A stretch of DNA of 63,186 nt, the filler included, from Asterionella formosa (lineage: Eukaryota), in the NCBI GenBank assembly GCA_002256025.1. It is 15 parts of 15 records of this genome, joined end to end, with 100 filler letters (N's around TTAATTAATTAA, not from the genome) between each part and the next. Parts side by side here need not be neighbours in the genome. Positions count along the whole stretch, not along the records: positions 18,850 to 35,331 come from NKIB01004857.1; positions 35,432 to 36,458 come from NKIB01004858.1; positions 36,559 to 37,585 come from NKIB01004859.1; positions 37,686 to 38,712 come from NKIB01004860.1; positions 38,813 to 39,839 come from NKIB01004861.1; positions 39,940 to 40,973 come from NKIB01004862.1; positions 41,074 to 42,100 come from NKIB01004863.1; positions 42,201 to 43,227 come from NKIB01004864.1; 7 more parts are not named here. One strand, given 5' to 3'. Every line of letters starts with the position of its first letter. The first letter of the stretch is position 1. Below are positions 32,446 through 45,688 of this stretch, piece after piece. Below the pieces are notes generated by a model that saw only the letters and a list, made by a program, of their open reading frames with translations, did no database searches and was not told the origin of the DNA. The translations under genes and the position numbers were made by a program.

Positions 32446-33353
32446 TTAATCAAAATAAATGTGAGCCATGATTCTTGCTGCATTCCATCCCATCCCGAAC
32501 GGATAACCTACTAGATTAAGAATGTAAATCAAGCAAATACCCGCAATGGGAAATAAAAAGACTTCAGTATTGCTCAGGAAGGGTAAAGAACGATAACCCA
32601 AATGAGTAATGTACCAATACCACGAAAGTGCTACCGCGTAAAGCGTATTGGCGAGAATCAAGGCCATGAGGGACTTGCCCAAGACAAAGGGTAAAAGAAA
32701 GAATTGGAGCCCGTCTAATTTTGAGGCATGACCGAGGGATGCGGATAGTTAGTTTTCGAGAATTTATTTCTGAAAGCAACATATTATTCAGTAGTAGGCA
32801 GCAACTTACAAAGCAGCGCAAACAGCGGAAAGAAGGCATTGCAATGAATGTCAAAGGCATACAACCACTCCACAGATTGCCTGACATGAGAAGAGCTCTG
32901 CACAACAGTCAAATGCCGGTTGGCGATCTCCCTCAAAATCGTCGACACAATCATTCCACTCACAAGCCAATTCCAAAGGATGGAATGAACCAAAAAAGAC
33001 AGGGCTCCAGTGAGCGGTACCCGAAAGGCCACACTGTAGGCAATGCTGGCAACAAACAGAAACGCTCCTTGCAAGCCCACAAAGGCAGGGTCATCCCGGG
33101 CCCAATGGTTCTTGGTTTGTTTTCTATAGTATGCCGTCTTGTATACGGTCTGTGGGCGGCCCGAAATCAAGGAGCGCATTTGATCTAGAGCAGATTGGAC
33201 GTCCATCTGACGAATGTCGGCAAGGCGGGCAAAGTATTGCGAGCTAGTTCTTGTTGAGGCAATGATTCCTTTCTGGGAAAAGCTGTCTGCTCCCGACGGA
33301 ACTGTCAAGCGAGACTTGCGCGAACTAATGTCGGCAGTTGATGTCGACGCCAT
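32446..33353 (-). CDS. UNC50: UNC-50/Gmh1 family Golgi membrane protein (exons 33353-32810, 32714-32446; 270 aa)
   Basis: QMD, YRKQTKNHWARDDPAF, VEWLYAFDIHCNAFFP, ITHLGYRSLPFL motifs; 95-nt GT..AG intron joins FALL|YGLQFFLLP in frame. Confidence 0.93.
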
Positions 33354-33929
33354 GGTTTGTTTGTGTGAGCGTATAGGAGTTGACGATGAGTACGATGGAA
33401 CGATGGGAGAGTAGACTATTCATATGTTTTGAAGTATGGTGGCGAGGTTGCTGCCGAATATATTGCTAAACTACAAATATTGTTGATTAGACCTGCTGCT
33501 TGAATCTAATACAGTACCAGTACGCGGTATGTTTAGGGGAATCGTACATGTACCGGTATAGTGAAGGCACCACCAGTACTGGTACATACCTCCATAAAAA
33601 CCGAGAGCCCACGACGTTCAAGCTTCCTGAATTTGAACCAGTACTGCCGGTAGTCTACTACCTGGTACCAGGTACCAGGTACCGGTAGCTCGAACGAGTG
33701 CGTACCAGGGCACCGGTAGGAGGGTAAAGAAACATTATACCCAGTACTGTATTGATTCAGAGTGCCGTACCGTAATCAAACACAAAATTTTCATGAGTAT
33801 GGAAGATAATACCGGTAGACTCTAGCTAAATTGCCGGTAGTACATCTACGACTACTCGGAGCTTTCACCATTTGACACCCTTTCCATAAGCGTTAATAAC
33901 TGGTAGCTTAGTAACTCACAATAAGAATA

Positions 33930-34450
33930 TAGCAAGTGTCTGCCTAATAGTCTAATGGGTGAGGAAACACATCTCAAATTGAAACACATAACAACCACTT
34001 ATTAAATTGCGCTAGTGCAATTCTTCCTTAGGGTTACCCACTGGGATCCTGTCCACCTCCTTCTAGTGAAAAAACCAAAAAAACCCAAACTATTGCTCAC
34101 TGCCCTTGAGTCCAGAATCCAAGCCTGGCAGGATGACAACCGCCAAGCCACTTGGACATTACCCCTCCCCATCCACGTCAATCTTCTCTCAACCAGCCTT
34201 CATACTAGAACAATCACAGATTGGCTGGAATCATCTCTCTTCGTCAACAACCATCTCCTAGTAGGTTAGGAAGGATTTATGTCTCTTTATCAGACCCAAA
34301 GCTTCCCTTTCAACATGCACAAACCACACTGATCAATAGACTCGACCACTGATTCACCGATTCACCCAGCCACGCTGCCCATCCAGAATTATCTAGGACA
34401 ACAAATATCCTATGGGGCAGCCACTACACACCTCAGTTTGACCCACCAGC
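33930..34450 (+). pseudogene. Possible decayed 3' fragment of a non-LTR retrotransposon
   Basis: EQSQIGWNHL resembles the Q..IGW motif near the C-terminus of diatom LINE proteins; C/A-rich strand bias; otherwise degenerate. Confidence 0.35.
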
Positions 34451-35060
34451 CTCCACCTTGCTTCTGTCGAGTTTTGTTGATGTTTCCTTTTAAAATATTT
34501 TTATCCACTATTTAAGGTATCTGGTACCACCAGGATTCAGTTCATATTTTCCCTGGAGGCAACAAATTAATTATGATGATGAGTGAGAGTGATCATGATA
34601 GGGTGAGGGAGAGGTCTTCATAAACTATAAACCATACCTCCTCTGCTCCTGCTTGTGGTGGCTGGTACTGCTACACAGTATGAATTATTCCCTTTCTTAC
34701 TCATAGTGGCAGTATTATTTTACGAACATAATTACTGGTACCTGTATATGGTACCAGTTCCTACGATACCGGTACGGTAAGAGAAGTACGGTACGAATAT
34801 GGCGCTGTGCATGGTACCAGTACTGGTACCAGCCACTCCGAGTAATCATAAACATGCATTCCGTCACGTACATGTATCTACGTACCTTGGTACCTGGTAC
34901 CAGGTACCAGGTCCAGCCTGATCATGAGCGAGCAGATCATCATACCGGTACCTGGTACCTGGTACCTGGTACCTGGTACTCGTTCTCATAATAGGGTACC
35001 TGGTACCTCATACTCCTAGTTACTAATGAACATACCGTAGCGATATATGTTGGTATCATA

Positions 35061-35331
35061 CTGTTATTGGTAAAATTCAACCCAAGTTGTATTTTTCTGT
35101 AGACCCCTGGTATTGTCCTACTCGGGACATGATGGTACCTTGACAGTATTGACAACATTTTACCGTGGTAAAATTAGGTACTGACCTCCAAGAATTTCAA
35201 CCCGGTTGCATTGGCGGTTGAATTTTTCCTCTTCTTTTGGTTGAATTTTCAACTCAGATTAGTCGTATATTGTTGTAACCTCTTGGGAAATTCAACCACT
35301 GCACCATCATAAATCAATCTTATTTGTCCAT
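35061..35331. repeat. Inverted copy of the 8786-8975 dispersed repeat
   Basis: Reverse-complement match including CAACTTGGGTTGAATTTT and GTTGAAAATTCAAC. Confidence 0.8.
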
Positions 35332-35665
35332 NNNNNNNNNNNNNNNNNNNNNNNNNNNNNNNNNNNNNNNNNNNNTTAATTAATTAANNNNNNNNNNNNN
35401 NNNNNNNNNNNNNNNNNNNNNNNNNNNNNNNGTATTATACACTATATATCGATGCAAAATCTTATTCACATTTTCGTTTAAAAATACTGTCAATGAGGAA
35501 TATATTGAGTCCCGGTATTATAAACACGACAAGAAAAGGATAGGCGAGCACTAGTCCTAGCTTCTTGTGATTCTTCGTGAAGCTTATATTAAGGACGAAG
35601 CTGACATCTTGTTTTCTGTGATTCCCATTTATGATCTGGAGAAATCACAGGAATAATAGTTGACA

Positions 35666-36458
35666 ATGGGACTGCTGGGAAAGTTTCGTCAATCACCATT
35701 GTTTCGCACGAAACAACGCAAGCACGCCGGCGGACATGATGTTTTAACAGTTCTCACATTTGATGCAGCAGAGAAAGAATCGTCAATCATTTTGAGCACA
35801 GATGAATTTGATCTTCTCTTCGCGGAGCGCAACGTGAAGGGATTGGTGCCTCTTTGTCAAACACGTGAGGAAGAATCTGCCATGAGGAATAGTGAGGATG
35901 CCTTGCTTCTTGCTCAAGTTCGTTCGCTCAAGAAAACGACATTCCCGGCGCTTGATAAAAAGGTGTATCACGTTAACGCTCAAAAGGATATCACATCAGA
36001 GCACGAGCCACACCAATTTTCACATTGGCATCAGGATGATAGCAGCGAAAGCGACGACGTAGAAGGGCTTCGTACATTGAGAGCAGAAATTGCGAATACT
36101 ACGCTATCGATGGTGGAGGCGGGCGTGGCTATGGCGTGTGATAGTAAAATCAACACAAGAACTTCTGAAACCTTGTTGCATCGCAAGGGGATTCCCTTTT
36201 CCAGGAATCTAGGTCATAAATTTATTGAAGAACTTCCGACCTTGTATGAAGATGAAGCTGGCCAGTCAACGTCCAATGGGTCAGATAATGGAGAGACAAC
36301 ATCCAAATTCAAACTGGTTCAAAAAGAAGGTGAAAGTAACATTCGGGCTAGATGGGATTACGCTCTGGAATGCATGTCGAGAATGGGACAGTGCGTCGAA
36401 GACACGACTTCCCGAAGCGCCTTTATAGCGTCGCCGTCGTTCATAATGCCACCTACAC
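35666..36458 (+). CDS. Hypothetical protein, 3'-partial (contig end)
   Basis: ~264 open codons from ATG 35666 to the linker; no recognisable domain. Confidence 0.6.
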
Positions 36459-36558
36459 NNNNNNNNNNNNNNNNNNNNNNNNNNNNNNNNNNNNNNNNNN
36501 NNTTAATTAATTAANNNNNNNNNNNNNNNNNNNNNNNNNNNNNNNNNNNNNNNNNNNN

Positions 36559-37585
36559 GTGCAGAGGTCAATGTCGAAATTATTTCTACTACCGATGCAC
36601 ATGTTAGTCTCCTCAAGACCATTTTTGATTTTAATGCCATTAAAGGCCTGCTCGATCGTGATGATTTCTCGATGGTCTATGACTGTATGCATGGGGTCAA
36701 TGGTCCTTACGCCAAGGCTGTTTTTGTAGGAGAGCTCGGTCAGTCTGAGGACACATGCCTCAATGCCGTCCCTAAGGATGATTTCAATGGAGGACATGCT
36801 GACCCCAATCTCACCTATGCTAAGGAACTCGTCAAATTGCTAGGACTTGATCGAACGGGCGCCAAAATTGACGTTGGTGACGCCAAAGTTCCCTCGTTCG
36901 GCGCTGCTGCCGATGGTGACGCTGACCGCAACATGATTCTCGGGTCTCAGTTTTTTGTCACACCCTCAGATTCCCTTGCGATTATTGCAGCCTATGCTGA
37001 TGTCATCCCATTTTTCCGCACCCAGGGTGGTTTGAAAGGTGTCGCTCGTTCCATGCCTACCAGCGGTGCCGTTGACCTCGTTGCCAAAGACAAAAATTTT
37101 GAACTTTTTGAGACCCCCACTGGTTGGAAGTACTTTGGAAATTTGATGGACTCGAAGGCGCTTTACGGCGGAACCAATTACACTCCGTTCATTTGTGGTG
37201 AAGAGTCCTTCGGAACCGGTTCTGACCACGTGCGTGAGAAGGATGGTATCTGGGCTGTTTTGGCGTGGCTTTCAATCCTTGCGTCTGTGAACACAACAGG
37301 TGAGCCTTTAGTGTCGGTCGAAGACGTCGTTAAGGCGCACTGGGGACGTTATGGTCGCAACTACTACTGTAGATGGGACTTTGAGGGTGTGGATAAAGTT
37401 GCAGCCACCGCTATGATGGATAAGATGCGCAATGATTCTTCTGTCAATACCGGAAGGGCTGTGGGAAAGTATGTTATCGACACTGCTGACGATTTCACCT
37501 ACGTCGACCCAGTTGATGGATCTATTTCTAAGAAGCAAGGCATTCGTTTCTTGATGACTGATGGTTCCCGTGTGGTCTTCCGCCT
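36559..37585 (+). CDS. PGM: Phosphoglucomutase, internal fragment (haplotype A)
   Basis: Frame open across the whole contig; DFNGGHADPNL, metal loop DGDADRN, FETPTGWKYF, CGEESFG, REKDG. Confidence 0.95.
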
Positions 37586-38812
37586 NNNNNNNNNNNNNNN
37601 NNNNNNNNNNNNNNNNNNNNNNNNNNNNNTTAATTAATTAANNNNNNNNNNNNNNNNNNNNNNNNNNNNNNNNNNNNNNNNNNNNGTCTAATTCAGATAA
37701 ACGAGAGACGGAGGAGCAATCTTGTCATGTCTCATTTGGAGAGGAACGAACGCGATCCAACTTTAGTGTTGAACAAAATGTTCTGAAAATGTGGAGTCAA
37801 AGTACCTACCAGGTACTGTTTCCACCAACTACCGGCACCGGTAATATATACTGATTCCATGTTCATGCAGATTTCTTTAACATTTTTATGTACATGTTAA
37901 CCGGTATTATTTTTATGCAAAAGAATTTTATTTTTGCAATACCATAATAACGGCATCCTTAAACGTACCCCCGAGTTTCGCCCTCCCTGCTTCAACACAA
38001 TTATCGTAGACATTCATGTATCTAAGTACCGGTACATGTGCTTCCGTTGAGTCTTTTCAACGGCAATTGGAAGTTTGTATATAAATCTAAGTGCATACAT
38101 TCAAACGTGAATATACATATCAATTCTTCAACATAATGTGTATGTATATCTTCACATGGTTAGAAAGCAAGACTCTGAAGGCCAGCACGGTATACTCGTC
38201 GTAAACAAAACATGTTGCGCGCGTACGACATTTCAAATTTTTGACTGGCGGTAAGTGCCGGTACCGGTATGCGTTCTAATAGGCGGCCGTGCTGGCTGGT
38301 TATGAGTGTGCGCGCTGTTCGTGGTCGTATTTTTTTCTTGCTGCTTGCTTCGTCGTCTCTTACAGTCAGTCAGTCAGTCAGTCATCCAACGCTCATTGTT
38401 GGAATCGTATTGGTTTGCGCACACTGTTTGTTCTACCGCCCAGCACGACCAGGAATCATCAAGGGAACGCACGTACGAAAGGGGAACCATGGAGCACTGA
38501 CGAGAGCAGACGAAGCAAAGATGGGCCATTCAACTATATTTTATGTAAAAATAGAAGCAATGATGGAAATCATCATACATAGGAGTTCCTAAATCAATGA
38601 TTATTTTGGGAGTATAATGCATACCGGTAGTATTTAAGGATATGTGCCTATGTCATTTGATTACCGGTATACTCCAGTAGACTACTGTACTCTACGGAAT
38701 ATTTGTTTATCANNNNNNNNNNNNNNNNNNNNNNNNNNNNNNNNNNNNNNNNNNNNTTAATTAATTAANNNNNNNNNNNNNNNNNNNNNNNNNNNNNNNN
38801 NNNNNNNNNNNN

Positions 38813-39839
38813 GTGCAGAGGTCAATGTCGAAATTATTTCTACTACCGATGCACATGTTAGTCTCCTCAAGACCATTTTTGATTTTAATGCCATTAAAGG
38901 CCTGCTCGATCGTGATGATTTCTCGATGGTCTATGACTGCATGCATGGGGTCAATGGTCCTTATGCCAAGGCTGTTTTTGTAGGAGAGCTCGGTCAGTCT
39001 GAGGACACCTGCCTCAATGCCATCCCTAAGGATGATTTCAATGGAGGACATGCTGACCCCAATCTCACATATGCTAAGGAACTCGTCAAATTGCTAGGAC
39101 TTGATCGAACGGGCGCTAAAATTGACGTTGGTGACGCCAAAGTTCCCTCGTTCGGCGCTGCTGCCGATGGTGATGCTGACCGCAACATGATTCTCGGATC
39201 TCAGTTTTTTGTCACCCCCTCAGATTCCCTTGCGATTATTGCAGCCTATGCTGATGTCATCCCATTTTTCCGTGCCCAGGGCGGTTTGAAAGGTGTCGCT
39301 CGTTCCATGCCTACCAGCGGTGCCGTTGATCTCGTTGCCAAAGACAAAAATTTTGAGCTTTTTGAGACCCCCACTGGTTGGAAGTACTTTGGAAATTTGA
39401 TGGACTCGAAGGCGCTGTACGGCGGAACCAATTACACTCCGTTCATTTGTGGTGAAGAGTCCTTCGGAACCGGTTCTGACCACGTGCGTGAGAAGGATGG
39501 TATCTGGGCTGTTTTGGCGTGGCTTTCGATCCTTGCGTCTGTGAACACGACAGGTGAGCCTTTAGTGTCGGTCGAAGACGTCGTTAAGACGCACTGGGGA
39601 CGTTATGGTCGCAACTACTACTGTAGATGGGACTTTGAGGGTGTGGATAAAGTTGCAGCCACCGCTATGATGGATAAGATGCGCAATGATTCTTCTGTCA
39701 ATACCGGAAGGACTGTGGGAAAGTATGTTATCGACACTGCTGACGATTTCACCTACGTCGACCCAGTTGATGGATCTATTTCTAAGAAGCAAGGCATTCG
39801 TTTCTTGATGACTGATGGTTCCCGTGTGGTCTTCCGCCT
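38813..39839 (+). CDS. PGM: Phosphoglucomutase, internal fragment (haplotype B)
   Basis: Same boundaries and length as 36559-37585; differs only by scattered substitutions. Confidence 0.95.
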
Positions 39840-41074
39840 NNNNNNNNNNNNNNNNNNNNNNNNNNNNNNNNNNNNNNNNNNNNTTAATTAATTAANNNNN
39901 NNNNNNNNNNNNNNNNNNNNNNNNNNNNNNNNNNNNNNNCTATTTTGTGACACTATGATTTTCGCTGTTTTCATTCTGACGTTTTTGATGTATTTTACCA
40001 GTATGCCAATGAATTGCTGAAGGCAATTCCCGCTCCAGCTACCGTCTTCCCATTCGGGTACTTCTTAAGTAATTTTTAGGCTCTAAGTAATTTCTTAAGT
40101 AATTTTTTTTAAAGGGCAATATGGGGCACATCGAATTTTTCGGCAATAAAATTGCCGATTTTAGCATGACAACCAGAATAACGGTAATATGCATAGAATT
40201 GGTACAACAAGCGTAAAACACACGAGAATGATTGTAACATGAAACATCAATGAAAATTGAACATGATGTTTGGAGCAACCAAAGTATGAAATGCGATGTA
40301 ATAAGTAGCATCAAATGAGAAATAGAAAAAATTGTTTTGGGTTAGAAATGAAATTAAAAAATAAGAGTTCCAATGGAGAAGTATGCATTGTGAATCATTG
40401 TAGTACTTACACAGGCCACATTGACTTTCCATCAACACAAAATCGAAGACCGAAAGAAGAATAAAAAAAGCTGAACCCAATTTAGACCTGCATCGTTATC
40501 TAGCGTAAATTTTCGGGTTGCTGCAACCATGCGCATCGCTCTAGCTAGTAGCAGCCTGACACCAGTAGCAGTATTTCCGCCACAGTCATTCCTCTCTGCC
40601 CACCAAACAAGCAACCCTGATCATTCCATTCTGAGCAAGAAGCATGATCGCCACGCTGCTCCAGCACTATTGACTCTCTCTAGCTGAGTATTCATGTAGC
40701 TTCTGATACGAACTTGTAGTAGAAATGTAGCAAAGCGTGTTAGTACAAGAAAAGCATTGCTTGGTGGCAATATTGACATGATTGTCAATGACTATTCAAA
40801 TCAACAAATACGATCAACAACGGCACAATACCACATCTTCAATGAGTAGTCATTGATAAATGCATTGGTTCTTATGTAGATATGTACAATTGAAACAAAA
40901 CGACAGTGCGTAACAACAAACAACGATGGAAGCAATCAAAACAAACCACGGAAGCAATCAAATCGGAAAGTCGNNNNNNNNNNNNNNNNNNNNNNNNNNN
41001 NNNNNNNNNNNNNNNNNTTAATTAATTAANNNNNNNNNNNNNNNNNNNNNNNNNNNNNNNNNNNNNNNNNNNNA

Positions 41075-42100
41075 GGGTCGTTCTTATCATTTTTTTTCGT
41101 GTATCACGGAATTTGAATTTTTTTGAAAATGTATCAGCAACGGTAACTCGATTTGAACTGAATTTCATTCATTCCAAAAGTGTCACTGTATCACTAATTT
41201 GTGATCACATTGTATCATGGAGTAAAATGAATCTTCAACGGCAACTGGCTGGCGAAGATCATGTGTATATCCCTCCGGAATATAATGATGGTCTTGATAT
41301 CAAGCAACAACAAAATATAATTACCGGGAAACTAAATATAATATTAAAAACACACATTTGCATGAATCATGTCGTCGCCATTTGATTTACTTGATGATAA
41401 TGACGATGACAGTAGTGATCTTGATTTCTTCTTCCTCTGTCATTTAGCTAAGGAAGCAGAGGAAAAAGAACACTCATCCAAACGACAAAGGCGACGCTGT
41501 AAACGGCAGCTTCAGTCATCTGAACGACGACGACAACGAAGGCACAAGTGGCACCACGAAAGAATCTCCTGGCAATCACATGTCGAGAAACTCAATCACG
41601 AGATTGCTTTCGAGAAGACATACAGAATGTCACACAGAGCATTCAAAAAACTCACCTCCATGCTGGAAATTCAGATTGCAGGGAATTATTCCAAATGTGG
41701 CACTTCTGAGCCCATAATTCCCGAAATTGTGGTAGCCATTAAGGAAATAGTGGAGTCCTTCTTGCCATTCCTGTACCCTGACACTTTAAATCTCACGCAA
41801 ATTTTTCGAAGTACCTTGACAGATATATGTTTTATGTCGATTCCTTTTATATGAATCAATCCCAGCCCACTTTCATCCAGAATAAAGTCATCTGGTACTA
41901 TGAGCGAGTTGACGAACTCATCAATATTGGCTAGCCAACCGGGAAAGGGTTTCCTCTTTTCAGGGGGACCAAGAATCTCGTTAATGTCAAGAAGTGTACC
42001 AGTAGTAGTTGCAGGTACGACATTTTCGGATGGATCCATCTCGTCAATGTCGAGTGTGTCAGCAGTTGGAGGTATTTTCATTTCAGGTGGAGGAACCATC
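41075..42100. mobile_element. Internally deleted PIF/Harbinger element: transposase N-terminus (+, from 41369) fused head-on to remnant of the convergent accessory ORF (-, from 42099)
   Basis: FEKTYRMSHRAFKKL and IIPEIVVAI are Harbinger transposase N-terminal motifs; similarity stops near 41740 where the opposite-strand ORF (LRKICVRFKVSGYRN) takes over; GGGTCGTTC terminus. Confidence 0.7.
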
Positions 42101-42549
42101 NNNNNNNNNNNNNNNNNNNNNNNNNNNNNNNNNNNNNNNNNNNNTTAATTAATTAANNNNNNNNNNNNNNNNNNNNNNNNNNNNNNNNNNNNNNNNNNNN
42201 TTGTGGTGTCTAATGTCATCCATCTGAGATCAAAGTTTTACGGTTGTACACATCACATGAAGAACTCACACTTACCGGTAAAAAAGCTCCCTCTTCCCAG
42301 TTTTCATGTTATGTAGGTAATTACCGGTACTAGCTAGGTAAATGTACTACTAGCCAGTGGTAGGCAACCCAATTTTTTTACGTGATTATTATTACTCAAA
42401 ATCAACACTGGTGAAATTATGTCTACTGATGAGGATGGTACCAGGTAGTATTGTTTGCCAAATATGTGCTGAACAAGGTCCATTATTTTAGCTACCTGTT
42501 ATTCTTATTTTTCTCTCGCCAACACAGCACTACAACGACAGTAAATATC

Positions 42550-42996
42550 ATGGATCTGTGTGACAATAACGACGAGGACAAATGTCAATTCTGTGGTAAA
42601 GGTCCTTTTAAATCAATTCGTGGTCATCACAGACACAGCCCCTCGTGTGGGCAACAAGATATGATTCAATCTCAGATTCAAGCATCGCAGACATCATCAA
42701 TGGTAGCGACTTCTCGAAGAGATGGACGACACCACTCTCAAGACCCCCTTGCAAAATTCCTGAAACAATCGCCAGCAGCCATTGATTTCGTTCAAACAGT
42801 TTGTTTTGATGCCGATGACTATGATAATGGTTTATTCCTTGATAGTTTAGTAGATCATGATGCTGCTGCTATTAATGGTCCAATCATTCAGAACGGAGAA
42901 ATAAACGACATTATAAACCCTACCAATCCGATTTTGCGCACAAAGTATATCCGTTTCGTCCACTACAGCATGACAATCTCGCCAATCAACCCGTAA
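42550..42996 (+). CDS. Zn-finger-bearing ORF, possibly N-terminal remnant of a (Plavaka-like) transposase
   Basis: CQFCGKGPFKSIRGHHRHSPSC followed by acidic low-complexity region; no catalytic domain visible. Confidence 0.35.
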   Translation: MDLCDNNDEDKCQFCGKGPFKSIRGHHRHSPSCGQQDMIQSQIQASQTSSMVATSRRDGRHHSQDPLAKFLKQSPAAIDFVQTVCFDADDYDNGLFLDSLVDHDAAAINGPIIQNGEINDIINPTNPILRTKYIRFVHYSMTISPINP

Positions 42997-43327
42997 ACAA
43001 ACACATTCTACCGGTACTTGTTCTCGTTGAAATTTTCAATTCTCACATGATACTACATCTACTATTTCGATTCATCATAGAAGGAGATACAAAAATGTGC
43101 GTAACAGACTACTGTCCACATAGCTATAGTTATAGAATGATTCTGATTAGAACGCATTTCATTTTCATATCGCTCGCTCGTTTCTGCATTTGGCATATTG
43201 TACTTGAATTAACTATTGAACTTGTCCNNNNNNNNNNNNNNNNNNNNNNNNNNNNNNNNNNNNNNNNNNNNTTAATTAATTAANNNNNNNNNNNNNNNNN
43301 NNNNNNNNNNNNNNNNNNNNNNNNNNN

Positions 43328-44353
43328 TTTTTACCGCCCGAACATCCCGGCATCCAGCCGCCACACAGTGCTACTGCAACACAGTCCCAAATCACTGCTG
43401 CCAACCGTCTTTTTGACACCTCCCTTGACGCATTCCGCCGTTACTCCCAAATCCGTGAAATTCTCCGCCAACAAATTCTCACAGCCATTGACCCAACTTT
43501 CTACAACGTTCTGGAAGATGCTACATTTGGATATGCAGACATCACTGTTCTGACCTTGCTTGCTCACTTAGAATCTACATATGCAACATTGAGTGCGGAT
43601 GATTTAGAACTCAATCGCATGCGCTTGGCCAATGCTTGGACACCAGAGGAATCTATTGAACATTTATGGATCCGCATCAAACATCTTTGTGCCATTGCCG
43701 ATGCTGGTGGGGAACCTTTCTCTGACAGTACTGTCATGCGATTGACTCTTTCTGCTTTAGAACAGGCTGGTGTATATTCTCATAGCATTGAAACTTGGCG
43801 TTATCGCGCTGAGATGGACCGTATATGGATTAATTTTTGCCCGCATTTCATGCATGCTGATAAGGAACGATTCCGCCTTGCCACCGCCACCACTGCCGGT
43901 TATCATGGTGCCCATGCTGCCATTCAAACCAGTGGCCCTCCCCCATTGCCAGGTATTGCTGCAGCTGCTTGTGCTGTCCCTTCTGGATACACTTACAACA
44001 ATGTTCAATTAGGCTATTGTTGGACTCATGGTCTTACCAAAAACCCTGACCATACCAGTGAAACTTGCAATCATCCAGCTTCTGGCCATCAACTCAATGC
44101 CACCCTTGATCGACGTCTGGGTGGCAGCGTTCGTATTTTCAGTGATGGTACCCGTCCTACTCGGCCACCCCGTGTTTCACCGCCACCTTCACCACTTGCT
44201 TGATGTGGAGGGGAGCAAGTTGCTGTTGATAATACTATTAACACAAACTTATCTCCCATCACTTGTCCCTCCGTCACACTCATTGCTGATTCTGGTAGTT
44301 CTGGCAATTATGCAACTGTTGATTTACCTGTCATCAACAAATGACCTACCACC
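43328..44353 (+). pseudogene. gag: Second, decayed copy of the Copia gag-protease region
   Basis: Near-identical to reverse complement of 24-1050; same TGA at 44201-44203 then LIADSG in frame; extra CGA>TGA at 44342. Confidence 0.92.
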
Positions 44354-45688
44354 NNNNNNNNNNNNNNNNNNNNNNNNNNNNNNNNNNNNNNNNNNNNTTA
44401 ATTAATTAANNNNNNNNNNNNNNNNNNNNNNNNNNNNNNNNNNNNNNNNNNNNAGAAATTGAATGGTGTCTGAGCAGAGGTGGCCAAGACGGAAGTGCCA
44501 GTGAAGATATTCCTTTTGAGCCTCAGTAAGGTTTTGGTTTGTTTCGTCTGTGAACATAAATTAAGGGAGGCTTCTTTGTCGCACACAGATGAAGCACGAA
44601 TGCCATGACTGGTAGGAAGAGAGTTTACGGGATCATAGGGAATAGTCAAGGTGGGTGATCCATCAATTACAAGGCGTGCGCAATCAGCGGTTACCTCGAA
44701 AATTCCCACATGGCCATTTTCTTTGTCGAAGATACGTTGAGGAGAAAAAAGGCGTTGTTTGCATTGAGTCACATAATATGCAGTGAGATGAAGTGTCAAG
44801 AGGCGACCAGAGTCAGAAAGGAAAGTCCACTGTACAGTGCCGATGCCAGCAACTGTGAGACCAGAAGCAATGCCACCAAGTTGAAGGGGAATGTAGGGTT
44901 GAAGAATGGGACCGACAAAATCGGTGGAATAGGAAGAAACAGGAAGTGAGGCACCAGTGTCCCAAATGACGGTGAAATGTTGTTCAAGGCCACCAAACAA
45001 GGAGATGGGGTCCATTTCAATGGGACGAAAGAAGGATGAAGGCAAAGGTTTGGATGTGGGAAGAATGTTGATGGCTGGAGTGCAGATGGAGTCAAGAATG
45101 ACAGAAAGAGGTTAAAAATCAAGAAATGAATCTTGGAAGATGGTGTAGGCAAAGAGTGATGGAGCCATGATGGGAGGAGTAGAACGTAGAATACTTTGTG
45201 TACCAGTGGGGAGAAATTTGCGTAAGGAAGACAGAAAAGGAGTAGAATAAGGGATGGTAAAAAGGGAAAAAGAAATCCCAGGTGACCCAGGCAAAGGATC
45301 AGGAGGTTTAGGAGGAAAGAAAAAAAGAAAGAAGGGAGCAATATCCGACAAGAGTGGAGAACAAGGACCATGCGAGGTGACCATGTTATCATATGCGCCA
45401 CCAAGAAACATTGCAGTAAACAACATGTTAATCATGATCCCACCAAAAATCAACCATACTGTCGGGTAGCCCTGTAATTTAATGTCGGTGACACGCCGAC
45501 AACCAAAGATATCAAACATTGGGAATATACCAACAGAGACGCATTGCTGTTGGTAAGTCTGTCAAAAGAAGCAAGGAGCACCAACCTTGGGAGAACAATT
45601 AGACGGATTCATAGGACTGGTAGCAAAAGGGGTGGTAGGGTTCAATGATAAGTCAATGGACAAAGTCAAAGGAACAAGAAAGTGCGAG

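Noticed and set aside
36559..39839. Tandem duplication of PGM
   Set aside because: Separate contigs with identical boundaries; best explained as alleles
37686..40973. Short ORFs in contigs 37686-38712 and 39940-40973
   Set aside because: No domain signal or coding-like composition; treated as non-coding
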